A stretch of 64,000 nucleotides of DNA from Nemertoderma westbladi (lineage: Eukaryota; Animalia; Xenacoelomorpha): positions 13,716 to 77,715 of the forward strand of contig JAUCBJ010001981.1 of the NCBI GenBank assembly GCA_032718475.1, given 5' to 3'. Positions 11,301-26,300 of the stretch are shown piece after piece. The notes beneath the pieces were generated by a model. That model was not told the DNA's origin. It made no database searches and was given only the letters and a program-made list of their open reading frames with translations. The first letter of the stretch is position 1; each line of letters starts with the position of its first letter. The position numbers and the translations under genes were made by a program.

Positions 11301-14300
11301 TGTTCAGTCTCAGCCCGCTGGGAGGCCTCATTCGTCAAGTGGAAGTCCAACCCGACACACAGCCATATCTCGTCTCCTAGACAACCCGAGTTCTAGCGGA
11401 CCAATCGCTGGGCTGGAAAGGTTGCGGAAGCCGATTCCAGCCACATCATTGGATGACTTTTCTCAACAGGTGGCTGTAGGGGGGGGGGGGGGGGGTCGTC
11501 CGCTTTAGCGTTTGTTTGGTCTGCTATTTATTGATTAAATATTCAATAAGCGTCTATGCATTCAAACATCTGATGATGAAAAACCAAGGGCTTTTTTATT
11601 TTTTTTTCTGGAAGTTTTGAGTTTACACTCACTGAAAATTTATATTAATTTCGATGTGTTTTGAACCCTCTGCGCAATTGTTTTTAATTTATATTTTGTT
11701 ACATTTATTCATTATTAAATAGTGGCCTAGATTTTGTTTGCATGAGTTATGAGATGACGGTTTAGATTGGATCAGTTTGAGAGGTTATTTTAATTTTGTT
11801 GAATCATTTATAAAAATCGGCAATTAATAGGCCTAATTTATTTTAAAATTAAATTTTTTTTTTTAATTTAAATTTTTTTTAAATTCGTAAATGATTGGCT
11901 TTAGTGTCTGCAATACCGGCAGTCCTGTTAAACAGTTATAATTACGTTTCAGAAACGGAGTGGTGGTTTTTCTGTGGCATCGAGCAGCGCTGATATCGAA
12001 CAATGGAGAACGAAGTTGGAAGTTACCAAACAACATCATCTGGAGGAAGTGAAACTAATTGAGATGAATTCGAAGAACAGACTGGAGGTTGGTCGCCGTT
12101 CAATTCGACTATCGGTATGATAACTTCGTCAACCTGCATTTAGTTTCATGATAAATCAATTGCTTAAACTCAGTTGCATAATAAATTTAGATTTATCTAC
12201 TTAAGAGTGATAATTTGTTGTTGTCTAACTGATACGCCATCCAAAGTCGTTCGATATTCAATTAGAGCAATCAACCAGCATGGCCTCAGCTGTAAAGTTT
12301 GTCATTGAGGGCTTTATAGATGACTTATATAGAAATATTGGGTATCTTTTTGGAGTTATTTCTGCCCTGGTGATTAAATGAGAAAACAACAAGTTCTTTA
12401 TTATCAATTAATTTCTGCCACTAGGACCATCTTCAGGATATAATTCAAACAGACGGAATTACACCAACTACATACAGTAGCTTATATTTACATGTTACAT
12501 ACTTGCATTACATACTTGATATTAATTGATAATAAAGAACTTGTTGTTTTCTCATTTAATCACCAGGGCAGAAATAACTCCAAAAAGATACCCTATATTT
12601 CCTATATTACGATGAATACTGTACCTAAAATCGGCTTGCCACGGACTGAATGTTATAGGTGACTTATTGTCACTAATCGTGTCATTTTCAGTTTTCATAT
12701 TATATACATACATACATACACCCACTCCAAAGTAGATTATCAAATTTACAATATTCTAGTGAAACTGAATGCTAAACTTTCAGTTTCGCAGATTTTCTTC
12801 TGCTGTGTGCACCGGTATAGCCCATGCTTAAACAATTACACTTGTTGTTTAGATTCTAGAAGAAAGTTATAAACGACGAGAGACGATATTAGTGGACGAG
12901 AATAAATCGTTGGTTGAACAGTTGAGTAGATGTCAACGGCGGTGGGAGGAAGAGCGTAGCGAGATGAGCGAGGCCGCAAAACGACGAGGAGAGAGACTGA
13001 ACGAGGAGCATTCGCGAGAATTAATGAGAATTAGGGAGTTACAGAGGTTTGAAGGCTACAAATAATCGATGTGCCGCGAGTTCTCACTGACGCGTTAATT
13101 CTGTGAATTCTGTAAATTTAATTTATTTATTTTATTAGACAATCTGTGGAAGAGATGAAAAGAGACCACGATAGCGAAATAGAACGACTGAAAGCTATTC
13201 GGGATCACGAAGTTGAGGCAGTCAGGAGTGCCAACCAGCACTACAAGTCCGTCGCCAAAGTTATGGACCATATAGACAGCCAAGCTCAGGGGTTGGGCGA
13301 CCTGAAGGCGGATGTGGAGCGAGCGCGTGCGTCTGGGTTGGATGCCCGGGATGTTGAGATTCGGGCGAAACAGCAGGAGCTTACCGGTAGGTGGATGGCT
13401 TACCGGTAGGTGGATGCCGTACCGGTAGTTGCGAGGTGGATGGCTTACCGGTAGTTGGATGGCTTACCGGTAGGTGGATGCCGTACCGGTAGTTGCGAGG
13501 TGGATGGCTTACTGGTAGGTGGATGGCTTACTGGTAGGTGGATGGCTTACTGGTAGGTGGATGGCTTACCGGTAGGTGGATGCCGTACCGGTAGTTGCGA
13601 GGTGGATGGCTTACTGGTAGGTGGATGGCTTACCGGTAGGTGGATGGCTTACCGGTAGGTGGATGGCTTACCGGTAGGTGGATGGCTTACCGGTAGGTGA
13701 ATGGCTTACTGGTAGGTGGATGGCTTACCGGTAGGTGGATGGCTTACCGGTAGGTGGATGGCTTACCGGTAGGTGGATGGCTTACTGGTAGGTGGATGGC
13801 TTACTGGTAGGTGGATGGCTTACCGCTAGGTGGATGCCGTACCAGTAGTTGCGAGGTGGATGGCTTACTGGTAGGTGGATGGCTTACCGTTAGGTGGATG
13901 GCTTACCGGTAGTTGGATGGCTTACCGGTAGGTGGATGCCGTACCGGTAGTTGCGAGGTGAATGGCTTACTGGTAGGTGGGTGGCTTACCGGTAGGTGGA
14001 TGGCTTACTGGTAGGTGGATGGCTTACCGGTAGGTGGATGGCTTACCGTTAGGTGGATGGCTTACTGGTAGGTGGATGGCTTACCGGTAGGTGTATGACT
14101 TACCGGTAGGTGGATGCCGTACCAGTAGTTGCGAGGTGGATGGCTTACTGGTAGGTGGATGGCTTACCGTTAGGTGGATGCCGTACCGGTAGTTGCGAGG
14201 TGAATGGCTTACTGGTAGGTGGGTGGCTTACCGGTAGGTGGATGGCTTACCGTTAGGTGGATGGCTTACCGGTAGTTGGATGGCTTACCGGTAGGTGGAT

Positions 14301-17300
14301 GCCGTACCGGTAGTTGCGAGGTGGATGGCTTACTGGTAGGTGGATGGCTTACCGGTAGGTGGATGGCTTACCGGTAGGTGGATGGCTTACCGTTAGGTGG
14401 ATGGCTTACTGGTAGGTGGATGGCTTACTGGTAGGTGGATGGCTTACTGGTAGGTGGATGGCTTACCGGTAGGTGTATGACTTACCGGTAGGTGGATGCC
14501 GTACCAGTAGTTGCGAGGTGGATGGCTTACTGGTAGGTGGATGGCTTACCGTTAGGTGGATGGCTTACCGGTAGTTGGATGGCTTACCGGTAGTTGCGAG
14601 GTGGATGGCTTACTGGTAGGTGGATGGCTTACCGTTAGGTGGATGGCTTACCGGTAGCTGGATGGCTTACCGGTAGGTGGATGCCGTACCGGTAGTTGCG
14701 AGGTGAATGGCTTACCGGTAGGTGGATGGCTTACTGGTAGGTGGATGGCTTACCGGTATATGTATGGCTTACCGAGGTGGATGGCTTACTGGTAGGTGGA
14801 TGGCTTACCGGTAGGTGGATGGCTTACCGGTAGGTGGATGGCTTACCGGTAGTTGGATGGCTTACCGGTAGGTGGATGCCGTACCAGTAGTTGCGAGGTG
14901 GATGGCTTACTGGTAGGTGGATGGCTTACCGGTAGGTGGATGGCTTACTGGTAGTTGGATGGCTTACTGGTAGGTGGATGCCGTACCAGTAGTTGCGAGG
15001 TGAATGGCTTACCGGTAGGTGGATGGCTTACTGGTAGGTGGATGGCTTACCGGTAGGTGGATGGCTTACCGTTAGGTGGATGGCTTACTGGTAGGTGGAT
15101 GGCTTACCGGTAGGTGGATGGCTTACCGGTAGGTGGATGGCTTACTGGTAGGTGGATGGCTTACTGGTAGGTGGATGGCTTACCGGTAGGTGGATGCCGT
15201 ACCAGTAGTTGCGAGGTGGATGGCTTACTGGTAGGTGGATGGCTTACCGTTAGGTGGATGGCTTACCGGTAGTTGGATGGCTTACCGGTAGGTGGATGCC
15301 GTACCGGTAGTTGCGAGGTGAATGGCTTACTGGTAGGTGGGTGGCTTACCGGTAGGTGGATGGCTTACTGGTAGGTGGATGGCTTACCGGTAGGTGGATG
15401 GCTTACCGTTAGGTGGATGGCTTACTGGTAGGTTGATGGCTTACCGGTAGGTGTATGGCTTACCGGTAGATGGGTGCCGTACCAGTAGTTGCGAGGTGGA
15501 TGGCTTACTGGTAGGTGGATGGCTTACCGTTAGGTGGATGGCTTACCGGTAGTTGGATGGCTTACCGGTAGTTGCGAGGTGGATGGCTTACTGGTAGGTG
15601 GATGGCTTACCGTTAGGTGGATGGCTTACCGGTAGTTGGATGGCTTACCGGTAGTTGCGAGGTGGATGGCTTACTGGTAGGTGGATGGCTTACCGGTAGG
15701 TGGATGGCTTACCGGTAGCTGGATGGCTTACCGGTAGGTGGATGCCGTACCGGTAGTTGCGAGGTGAATGGCTTACCGGTAGGTGTATGGCTTACTGGTA
15801 GGTGGATGGCTTACCGGTATATGTATGGCTTACCGAGGTGGATGGCTTACTGGTAGGTGGATGGCTTACCGGTAGGTGGATGGCTTACCGGTAGGTGGAT
15901 GGCTTACTGGTAGGTGGATGGCTTACTGGTAGGTGGATGCCGTACCAGTAGTTGCGAGGTGAATGGCTTACCAGTAGGTGGATGGCTTACCGGTAGGTGG
16001 ATGGCTTACTGGTAGGTGGATGCCGTACCAGTAGTTGCGAGGTGAATGGCTTACCGGTAGGTGGATGGCTTACTGGTAGGTGGGTGGCTTACCGTTAGGT
16101 GGATGGCTTACTGGTAGGTGGATGGCTTACCGGTAGGTGGATGGCTTACCGGTAGGTGGATGGCTTACCGGTAGGTGGATGGCTTACTGGTAGGTGGATG
16201 GCTTACTGGTAGGTGGATGCCGTACCGGTAGTTGCGAGGTGAATGGCTTACCGGTAGGTGAATGGCTTACCGGTAGGTGAATGGCTTACTAGTAGGTGGG
16301 TGGCTTACCGGTAGGTGGATGGCTTACCGGTAGGTGGATGGCTTACCGATAGGTGGATGGCTTACTGGTAGGTGGATGGCTCACTGGTAGGTGGATGGCT
16401 TACCGGTAGGTGGATGGCTTACCGGTAGGTGGATGCCGTACCGGTAGTTGCGAGGTGAATGGCTTACCGGTATGTGAATGGCTTACCGGTAGGTGGATGG
16501 CTTACTGGTAGGTGGATGGCTTACCGGTAGGTGGATGGCTTACTGGTAGGTGGATGGCTTACCGGTAGGTGGATGGCTTACCGGTAGGTGGATGGCTTAC
16601 TGGTAGGTGGATGGCTTACTGGTAGGTGGATGGCTTACCGGTAGGTGGATGGCTTACCGGTAGGTGGATGCCGTACCGGTAGTTGCGAGGTGAATGGCTT
16701 ACCGGTAGGTGAATGGCTTACCGGTAGGTGGATGGCTTACCGGTAGGTGGATGGCTTACTGGTAGGTGGATGGCTTACCGGTAGGTGGATGGCTTACTGG
16801 TAGGTGGATGGCTTACCGGTAGGTGGATGGCTTACCGGTAGGTGGATGGCTTACCGGTAGGTGGATGGCTTACTGGTAGGTGGATGGTTTACTGGTAGGT
16901 GGATGGCTTACCGGTAGGTGGATGGCTTACCGGTAGGTGGATGCCGTACCAGTAGTTGCGAGGTGGATGGCTTACTGGTAGGTGGATGGCTTACCGTTAG
17001 GTGGATGGCTTACCGGTAGGTGGATGGCTTACCGGTAGGTGGATGCCGTACCGGTAGTTGCGAGGTGAATGGCTTACCGGTAGGTGAATGGCTTACCGGT
17101 AGGTGGATGGCTTACCGGTAGGTGGATGGCTTACTGGTAGGTGGATGGCTTACCGGTAGGTGGATGGCTTACTGGTAGGTGGATGGCTTACCGGTAGGTG
17201 GATGGCTTACCGGTAGGTGGATGGCTTACCGGTAGGTGGATGGCTTACTGGTAGGTGGATGGCTTACTGGTAGGTGGATGGCTTACCGGTAGGTGGATGG

Positions 17301-20300
17301 CTTACCGGTAGGTGGATGCCGTACCGGTAGTTGCGAGGTGAATGGCTTACTGGTAGGTGGGTGGCTTACCGGTAGGTGGATGGCTTACTGGTAGGTGGGT
17401 GGCTTACCGAGGTGGATGGCTTACTGGTAGGTGGATGGCTTACCGGTAGGTGGATGGCTTACCGGTAGGTGGATGGCTTACCGGTAGTTGGATGGCTTAC
17501 CGGTAGGTGGATGCCGTACCAGTAGTTGCGAGGTGGATGGCTTACTGGTAGGTGGATGGCTTACCGGTAGGTGGATGGCTTACTGGTAGTTGGATGGCTT
17601 ACTGGTAGGTGGATGCCGTACCAGTAGTTGCGAGGTGAATGGCTTACCGGTAGGTGGATGGCTTACTGGTAGGTGGATGGCTTACCGGTAGGTGGATGGC
17701 TTACCGTTAGGTGGATGGCTTACTGGTAGGTGGATGGCTTACCGGTAGGTGGATGGCTTACCGGTAGGTGGATGGCTTACTGGTAGGTGGGTGGCTTACC
17801 GGTAGGTGGATGCCGTACCGGTAGTTGCGAGGTGAATGGCTTACTGGTAGGTGGGTGGCTTACCGGTAGGTGGATGGCTTACTGGTAGGTGGATGGCTTA
17901 CCGGTAGGTGGATGGCTTACCGTTAGGTGGATGGCTTACTGGTAGGTGGATGGCTTACCGGTAGGTGTAGGGCTTACCGGTAGATGGGTGCCGTACCAGT
18001 AGTTGCGAGGTGGATGGCTTACTGGTAGGTGGATGGCTTACCGTTAGGTGGATGGCTTACCGGTAGTTGGATGGCTTACCGGTAGTTGCGAGGTGGATGG
18101 CTTACTGGTAGGTGGATGGCTTACCGTTAGGTGGATGGCTTACCGGTAGCTGGATGGCTTACCGGTAGGTGGATGCCGTACCGGTAGTTGCGAGGTGAAT
18201 GGCTTACCGGTAGGTGGATGGCTTACTGGTAGGTGGATGGCTTACCGGTATATGTATGGCTTACCGAGGTGGATGGCTTACTGGTAGGTGGATGGCTTAC
18301 CGGTAGGTGGATGGCTTACCGGTAGGTGGATGGCTTACCGGTAGGTGGATGGCTTACTGGTAGGTGGATGGCTTACTGGTAGGTGGATGCCGTACCAGTA
18401 GTTGCGAGGTGAATGGCTTACCGGTAGGTGGATGGCTTACCGGTAGGTGGATGGCTTACTGGTAGGTGGATGCCGTACCAGTAGTTGCGAGGTGAATGGC
18501 TTACCGGTAGGTGGATGGCTTACTGGTAGGTGGGTGGCTTACCGTTAGGTGGATGGCTTACTGGTAGGTGGATGGCTTACCGGTAGGTGGATGGCTTACC
18601 GGTAGGTGGATGGCTTACCGGTAGGTGGATGGCTTACTGGTAGGTGGATGGCTTACTGGTAGGTGGATGCCGTACCGGTAGTTGCGAGGTGAATGGCTTA
18701 CCGGTAGGTGAATGGCTTACCGGTAGGTGAATGGCTTACTAGTAGGTGGGTGGCTTACCGGTAGGTGGATGGCTTACCGGTAGGTGGATGGCTTACCGAT
18801 AGGTGGATGGCTTACTGGTAGGTGGATGGCTTACTGGTAGGTGGATGGCTTACCGGTAGGTGGATGGCTTACCGGTAGGTGGATGCCGTACCGGTAGTTG
18901 CGAGGTGAATGGCTTACCGGTATGTGAATGGCTTACCGGTAGGTGGATGGCTTACTGGTAGGTGGATGGCTTACCGGTAGGTGGATGGCTTACTGGTAGG
19001 TGGATGGCTTACCGGTAGGTGGATGGCTTACCGGTAGGTGGATGGCTTACTGGTAGGTGGATGGCTTACTGGTAGGTGGATGGCTTACCGGTAGGTGGAT
19101 GGCTTACCGGTAGGTGGATGCCGTACCGGTAGTTGCGAGGTGAATGGCTTACCGGTAGGTGAATGGCTTACCGGTAGGTGGATGGCTTACCGGTAGGTGG
19201 ATGGCTTGCTGGTAGGTGGATGGCTTACCGGTAGGTGGATGGCTTACTGGTAGGTGGATGGCTTACCGGTAGGTGGATGGCTTACCGGTAGGTGGATGGC
19301 TTACCGGTAGGTGGATGGCTTACTGGTAGGTGGATGGCTTACTGGTAGGTGGATGGCTTACCGGTAGGTGGATGGCTTACCGGTAGGTGGATGCCGTACC
19401 AGTAGTTGCGAGGTGGATGGCTTACTGGTAGGTGGATGGCTTACCGTTAGGTGGATGGCTTACCGGTAGGTGGATGGCTTACCGGTAGGTGGATGCCGTA
19501 CCGGTAGTTGCGAGGTGAATGGCTTACCGGTAGGTGAATGGCTTACCGGTAGGTGGATGGCTTACCGGTAGGTGGATGGCTTACTGGTAGGTGGATGGCT
19601 TACCGGTAGGTGGATGGCTTACTGGTAGGTGGATGGCTTACAGGTAGGTGGATGGCTTACCGGTAGGTGGATGGCTTACCGGTAGGTGGATGGCTTACTG
19701 GTAGGTGCATGGCTTACTGGTAGGTGGATGGCTTACCGGTAGGTGGATGGCTTACCGGTAGGTGGATGCCGTACCGGTAGTTGCGAGGTGAATGGCTTAC
19801 TGGTAGGTGGGTGGCTTACCGGTAGGTGGATGGCTTACTGGTAGGTGGGTGGCTTACCGTTAGGTGGATGGCTTACTGGTAGGTGGATGGTTTACCGTTA
19901 GGTGGATGGCTTACTGGTAGGTGGGTGGCTTACCGTTAGGTGGATGGCTTACTGGTAGGTGGATGGCTTACCGGTAGGTGGATGGCTTACCGGTAGGTGG
20001 ATGGCTTACCGGTAGGTGGATGGCTTACTGGTAGGTGGATGGCTTACCGGTAGGTGGATGGCTTACCGTTAGGTGGATGGCTTACCGGTAGGTGGATGCC
20101 GTACCAGTAGTTGCGAGGTGAATGGCTTACCGGTAGGTGAATGGCTTACCGGTAGGTGAATGGCTTACTAGTAGGTGGGTGGCTTACCGTTAGGTGGATG
20201 GCTTACTGGTAGGTGGATGGCTTACCGGTAGGTGGATGGCTTACCGGTAGTTGGATGGCTTACCGGTAGGTGGATGCCGTACCGGTAGTTGCGAGGTGAA

Positions 20301-23300
20301 TGGCTTACCGGTAGGTGAATGGCTTACCGGTAGGTGAATGGCTTACTAGTAGGTGGGTGGCTTACCGTTAGGTGGATGGCTTACTGGTAGGTGGATGGCT
20401 TACCGGTAGGTGGATGGCTTACCGGTAGGTGGATGGCTTACCGGTAGGTGGATGGCTTACTGGTAGGTGGATGGCTTACTGGTGGGTGGATGGCTTACCG
20501 GTAGGTGGATGGCTTACCGGTAGGTGGATGCCGTACCAGTAGTTGCGAGGTGGATGGCTTACTGGTAGGTGGATGGCTTACCGTTAGGTGGATGGCTTAC
20601 CGGTAGTTGGATGGCTTACCGGTAGGTGGATGGCTTACTGGTAGGTGGATGGCTTACCGTTAGGTGGATGGCTTACCGGTAGTTGGATGGCTTACCGGTA
20701 GGTGGATGCCGTACCGGTAGTTGCGAGGTGAATGGCTTGCTGGTAGGTGGATGGCTTACCGGTAGGTGGATGGCTTACCGTTAGGTGGATGGCTTACCGG
20801 TAGTTGGATGGCTTACCGGTAGGTGGATGCCGTACCGGTAGTTGCGAGGTGAATGGCTTGCTGGTAGGTGGGTGGCTTACCGTTAGGTGGATGGCTTACT
20901 GGTAGGTGGATGGCTTACCGGTAGGTGGATGGCTTACCGGTAGGTGGATGGCTTACCGGTAGGTGGATGGCTTACTGGTAGGTGGATGGCTTACTGGTAG
21001 GTGGATGGCTTACCGGTAGGTGGATGGCTTACCGGTAGGTGGATGCCGTACCAGTAGTTGCGAGGTGGATGGCTTACTGGTAGGTGGATGGCTTACCGTT
21101 AGGTGGATGGCTTACCGGTAGTTGGATGGCTTACCGGTAGGTGGATGGCTTACTGGTAGGTGGGTGGCTTACCGTTAGGTGGATGGCTTACCGGTAGGTG
21201 GATGGCTTACCGGTAGGTGGATGGCTTACCGGTAGGTGGATGGCTTACCGGTAGGTGGATGCCGTACCAGTAGTTGCGAGGTGGATGGCTTACTGGTAGG
21301 TGGATGGCTTACCGTTAGGTGGATGGCTTACCGGTAGTTGGATGGCTTACCGGTAGGTGGATGGCTTACTGGTAGGTGGATGGCTTACTGGTAGGTGGAT
21401 GGCTTACCGGTAGGTGGATGGCTTACCGGTAGGTGGATGCCGTACCGGTAGTTGCGAGGTGAATGGCTTACTGGTAGGTGGGTGGCTTACCGTTAGGTGG
21501 ATGGCTTACCGGTAGGTGGATGGCTTACTGGTAGGTGGATGGCTTACCGGTAGGTGGATGGCTTACCGGTAGGTGGATGCCGTACCAGTAGTTGCGAGGT
21601 GGATGGCTTACTGGTAGGTGGATGGCTTACCGTTAGGTGGATGGCTTACCGGTAGGTGGATGGCTTACCGGTAGGTGGATGGCTTACCGGTAGGTGGATG
21701 CCGTACCGGTAGTTGCGAGGTGAATGGCTTACTGGTAGGTGGGTGGCTTACCGTTAGGTGGATGGCTTACTGGTAGGTGGATGGCTTACCGGTAGGTGGA
21801 TGGCTTACCGGTAGGTGGATGGCTTACTGGTAGGTGGATGGCTTACCGTTAGGTGGATGGCTTACCGGTAGTTGGATGGCTTACCGGTAGGTGGATGCCG
21901 TACCGGTAGTTGCGAGGTGAATGGCTTACTGGTAGGTGGGTGGCTTACCGAGGTGGATGGCTTACTGGTAGGTGGATGGCTTACCGGTAGGTGGATGGCT
22001 TACTGGTAGGTGGATGGCTTACCGTTAGGTGGATGGCTTACCGGTAGTTGGATGGCTTACCGGTAGGTGGATGCCGTACCGGTAGTTGCGAGGTGAATGG
22101 CTTACTGGTAGGTGGGTGGCTTACCGTTAGGTGGATGGCTTACCGTTAGGTGGATGGCTTACCGTTAGGTGGATGGCTTACCGGTAGGTGGATGGCTTAC
22201 TGGTAGGTGGATGGCTTACCGTTAGGTGGATGGCTTACCGGTAGTTGGATGGCTTACCGGTAGGTGGATGCCGTACCGGTAGTTGCGAGGTGAATGGCTT
22301 ACTGGTAGGTGGGTGGCTTACCGAGGTGGATGGCTTACTGGTAGGTGGATGGCTTACCGGTAGGTGGATGGCTTACTGGTAGGTGGATGGCTTACCGTTA
22401 GGTGGATGGCTTACCGGTAGTTGGATGGCTTACCGGTAGGTGGATGCCGTACCGGTAGTTGCGAGGTGAATGGCTTACTGGTAGGTGGGTGGCTTACCGT
22501 TAGGTGGATGGCTTACCGTTAGGTGGATGGCTTACCGTTAGGTGGATGGCTTACCGTTAGGTGGATGGCTTACCGGTAGGTGGATGGCTTACCGGTAAGT
22601 GGATGGCGTACTGGTAGGTGGATGGCTTACTGGTAGGTGGATGGCTTACCTGGATGGGGGATTATCTGATTAACATCATAACCATAATGTATTTTGTTAT
22701 AGTTGTTAATGTTATTTTTTGTCCAACTACAGTAAAACCGGTAACCTACCTGCGCAAAGCAGTCTGTCAGACATGTTACTTCATAATCTATTTGGTTATA
22801 GTTGATTTTTTGTTTTTGAAATTCTAATTTATTACTATACCCTCCGATAGTAAGACGGATTTTTGTCTTACTTCCGATTTTTGTTTTCAGTTTTAGAAGA
22901 AAAAATGAAACGGCAACTGGCGTCGGTTGATGAGGAACGTAAGTCGATGCAAGAATTGGTTGCTAAGCTGGACGCCAGTATGAGGGATCAAAATAGATCA
23001 ATGGAACAGGAAAGATGGAATCTTACACAGGAACAAAATAGGTTGGCAAACATACCACTGGGAATACACGGAATCTTACACAGGAACAAAATAGGTTGGC
23101 AAATATACCACTGGGCATACACGGAATCTTACACAGGAACAAAATAGGTTGGCAAATATACCACTGGGCATACACGGAATCTTACACAGGAACAAAATAG
23201 GTTGGCAAACGTACCACTGGGAATACACGGAATCTTACACAGGAACAACAAACATACCACTGGGAATACACGGAATCTTACACAGGAACAAAATAGGTTG

Positions 23301-26300
23301 GCAAACATACCACTGGAAATACACGGAATCTTACACAGGAACAAAATAGGTTGGCAAACATACCACTGGAAATACACGGAATCTTACACAGGAACAAAAT
23401 AGGTTGGCAAATATACCACTGGGCATACACGGAATCTTACACAGGAACAAAATAGGTTGGCAAACGTACCACTGGGAATACACGGAATCTTACACAGGAA
23501 CAAAATAGGTTGGCAAACATACCACTGGGAATACACGGAATCTTACACAGGAACAAAATAGGTTGGCAAACATACCACTGGGCATACACGGAATCTTACA
23601 CAGGAACAACAAACATACCACTGGGAATACACGGAATCTTACACAGGAACAAAATAGGTTGGCAAACATACCACTGGAAATACACGGAATCTTACACAGG
23701 AACAAAATAGGTTGGCAAACGTACCACTGGAAATACACGGAATCTTACACAGGAACAAAATAGGTTGGCAAACATACCACTGGGCATACACGGAATCTTA
23801 CACAGGAACAAAATAGGTTGGCAAACGTACCACTGGAAATACACGGAATCTTACACAGGAACAAAATAGGTTGGCAAACATACCACTGGGCATACACGGA
23901 ATCTTACACAGGAACAAAATAGGTTGGCAAACATACCACTGGGAATACATGGAATCTTACACAGGAACAAAATAGGTTGGCAAACGTACCACTGGAAATA
24001 CACGGAATCTTACACAGGAACAAAATAGGTTGGCAAACGTACCACTGGAAATACACGGAATCTTACACAGGAACAAAATAGGTTGGCAAACATACCACTG
24101 GGCATACACGGAATCTTACACAGGAACAAAATAGGTTGGCAAACATACCACTGGAAATACACGGAATCTTACACAGGAACAAAATAGGTTGGCAAACATA
24201 CCACTGGGCATACACGGAATCTTACACAGGAACAAAATAGGTTGGCAAACGTACCACTGGGAATACACGGAATCTTACACAGGAACGAAATAGGTTGGCA
24301 AACATACCACTGGGAATACATGGAATCTTACACAGGAACAAAATAGGTTGGCAAACATACCACTGGGAATACATGGAATCTTACACAGGAATAAAATAGG
24401 TTGGCAAACATACCACTGGAAATACACGGAATCTTACACAGGAATAACAAACATACCACTGGGAATACACGGAATCTTACACAGGAACAAATTAGGTTGG
24501 TAAACATACCACTGGGCATACACGGAATCTTACACAGGAAAAAAATAGGTTGGCAAACGTACCACTGGGAATACACGGAATCTTACACAGGAACGAAATA
24601 GGTTGGCAAACATACCACTGGGAATACATGGAATCTTACACAGGAACAAAATAGGTTGGCAAACATACCACTGGGAATACATGGAATCTTACACAGGAAC
24701 AAAATAGGTTGGCAAACATACCACTGGAAATACACGGAATCTTACACAGGAATAACAAACATACCACTGGGAATACACGGAATCTTACACAGGAACAAAT
24801 TAGGTTGGTAAACATACCACTGGGAATACATGGAATCTTACACAGGAACAAAATAGGTTGGCGAACGTACCACTGGAAATACACGGAATCTTACACAGGA
24901 ACAAAATAGGTTGGCAAACATACTACTGGGAATACATGGAATCTTACACAGGAACAACAACCATACCACTGGGAATACACGGAATCTTACACAGGAACAA
25001 ATTAGGTTGGCAAACATTCCACTGGGCATACACGGAATCTTACACAGGAACAAAATAGGTTGGCAAACATACCACTGGGAATACATGGAATCTTACACAG
25101 GAACAAAATAGGTTGGCAAACATACCACTGGGAATACATGGAATCTTACACAGGAACAAAATAGGTTGGCAAACATACCACTGGGAATACATGGAATCTT
25201 ACACAGGAATAACAAACATACCACTGGGAATACACGGAATCTTACACAGGAACAAATTAGGTTGGTAAACATACCACTGGGAATACATGGAATCTTACAC
25301 AGGAACAAAATAGGTTGGCAAACATACCACTGGGAATACATGGAATCTTACACAGGAATAACAAACATACCACTGGGAATACACGGAATCTTACACAGGA
25401 ACAAATTAGGTTGGTAAACATACCACTGGGAATACATGGAATCTTACACAGGAACAAAATAGGTTGGCAAACATACCACTGGGAATACATGGAATCTTAC
25501 ACAGGAATAACAAACATACCACTGGGAATACACGGAATCTTACACAGGAACAAATTAGGTTGGTAAACATACCACTGGGAATACATGGAATCTTACACAG
25601 GAACAAAATAGGTTGGCAAACATACCACTGGGAATACATGGAATCTTACACAGGAATAACAAACATACCACTGGGAATACACGGAATCTTACACAGGAAC
25701 AAATTAGGTTGGTAAACATACCACTGGGAATACATGGAATCTTACACAGGAACAAAATAGGTTGGCAAACATACCACTGGGAATACATGGAATCTTACAC
25801 AGGAATAACAAACATACCACTGGGAATACACGGAATCTTACACAGGAACAAATTAGGTTGGTAAACATACCACTGGGAATACATGGAATCTTACACAGGA
25901 ACAAAATATGTTGGCAAACATACCACTGGGAATACACGGAATCTTACACAGGAACAAATTAGGTTGGTAAACATACCACTGGAAATACACGGAATCTTAC
26001 ACAGGAACAAAATAGGTTGGCAAACATACCACTGGGAATAAATGGAATCTTACACAGGAACAAAATAGGTTGGCAAACATACCACTGGGAATACATGGAA
26101 TCTTACACAGGAATAACAAACATACCACTGGGAATACACGGAATCTTACACAGGAACAAATTAGGTTGGTAAACATACCACTGGGAATACATGGAATCTT
26201 ACACAGGAACAAAATAGGTTGGCAAACATACCACTGGGAATACATGGAATCTTAAACAGGAATAACAAACATACCACTGGGCATACACGGAATCTTACAC

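Noticed and set aside
11479-11495. Poly-G/poly-C runs (also ~30064, 30548, 39661, 41807-41902, 55138)
   Set aside because: Homopolymers that are mostly MITE subtermini; lengths are unreliable and there is no evidence of function.
13379-22650. Telomeric repeat or G-quadruplex array
   Set aside because: The unit is clearly derived from the exon 9 junction and has only GG runs.
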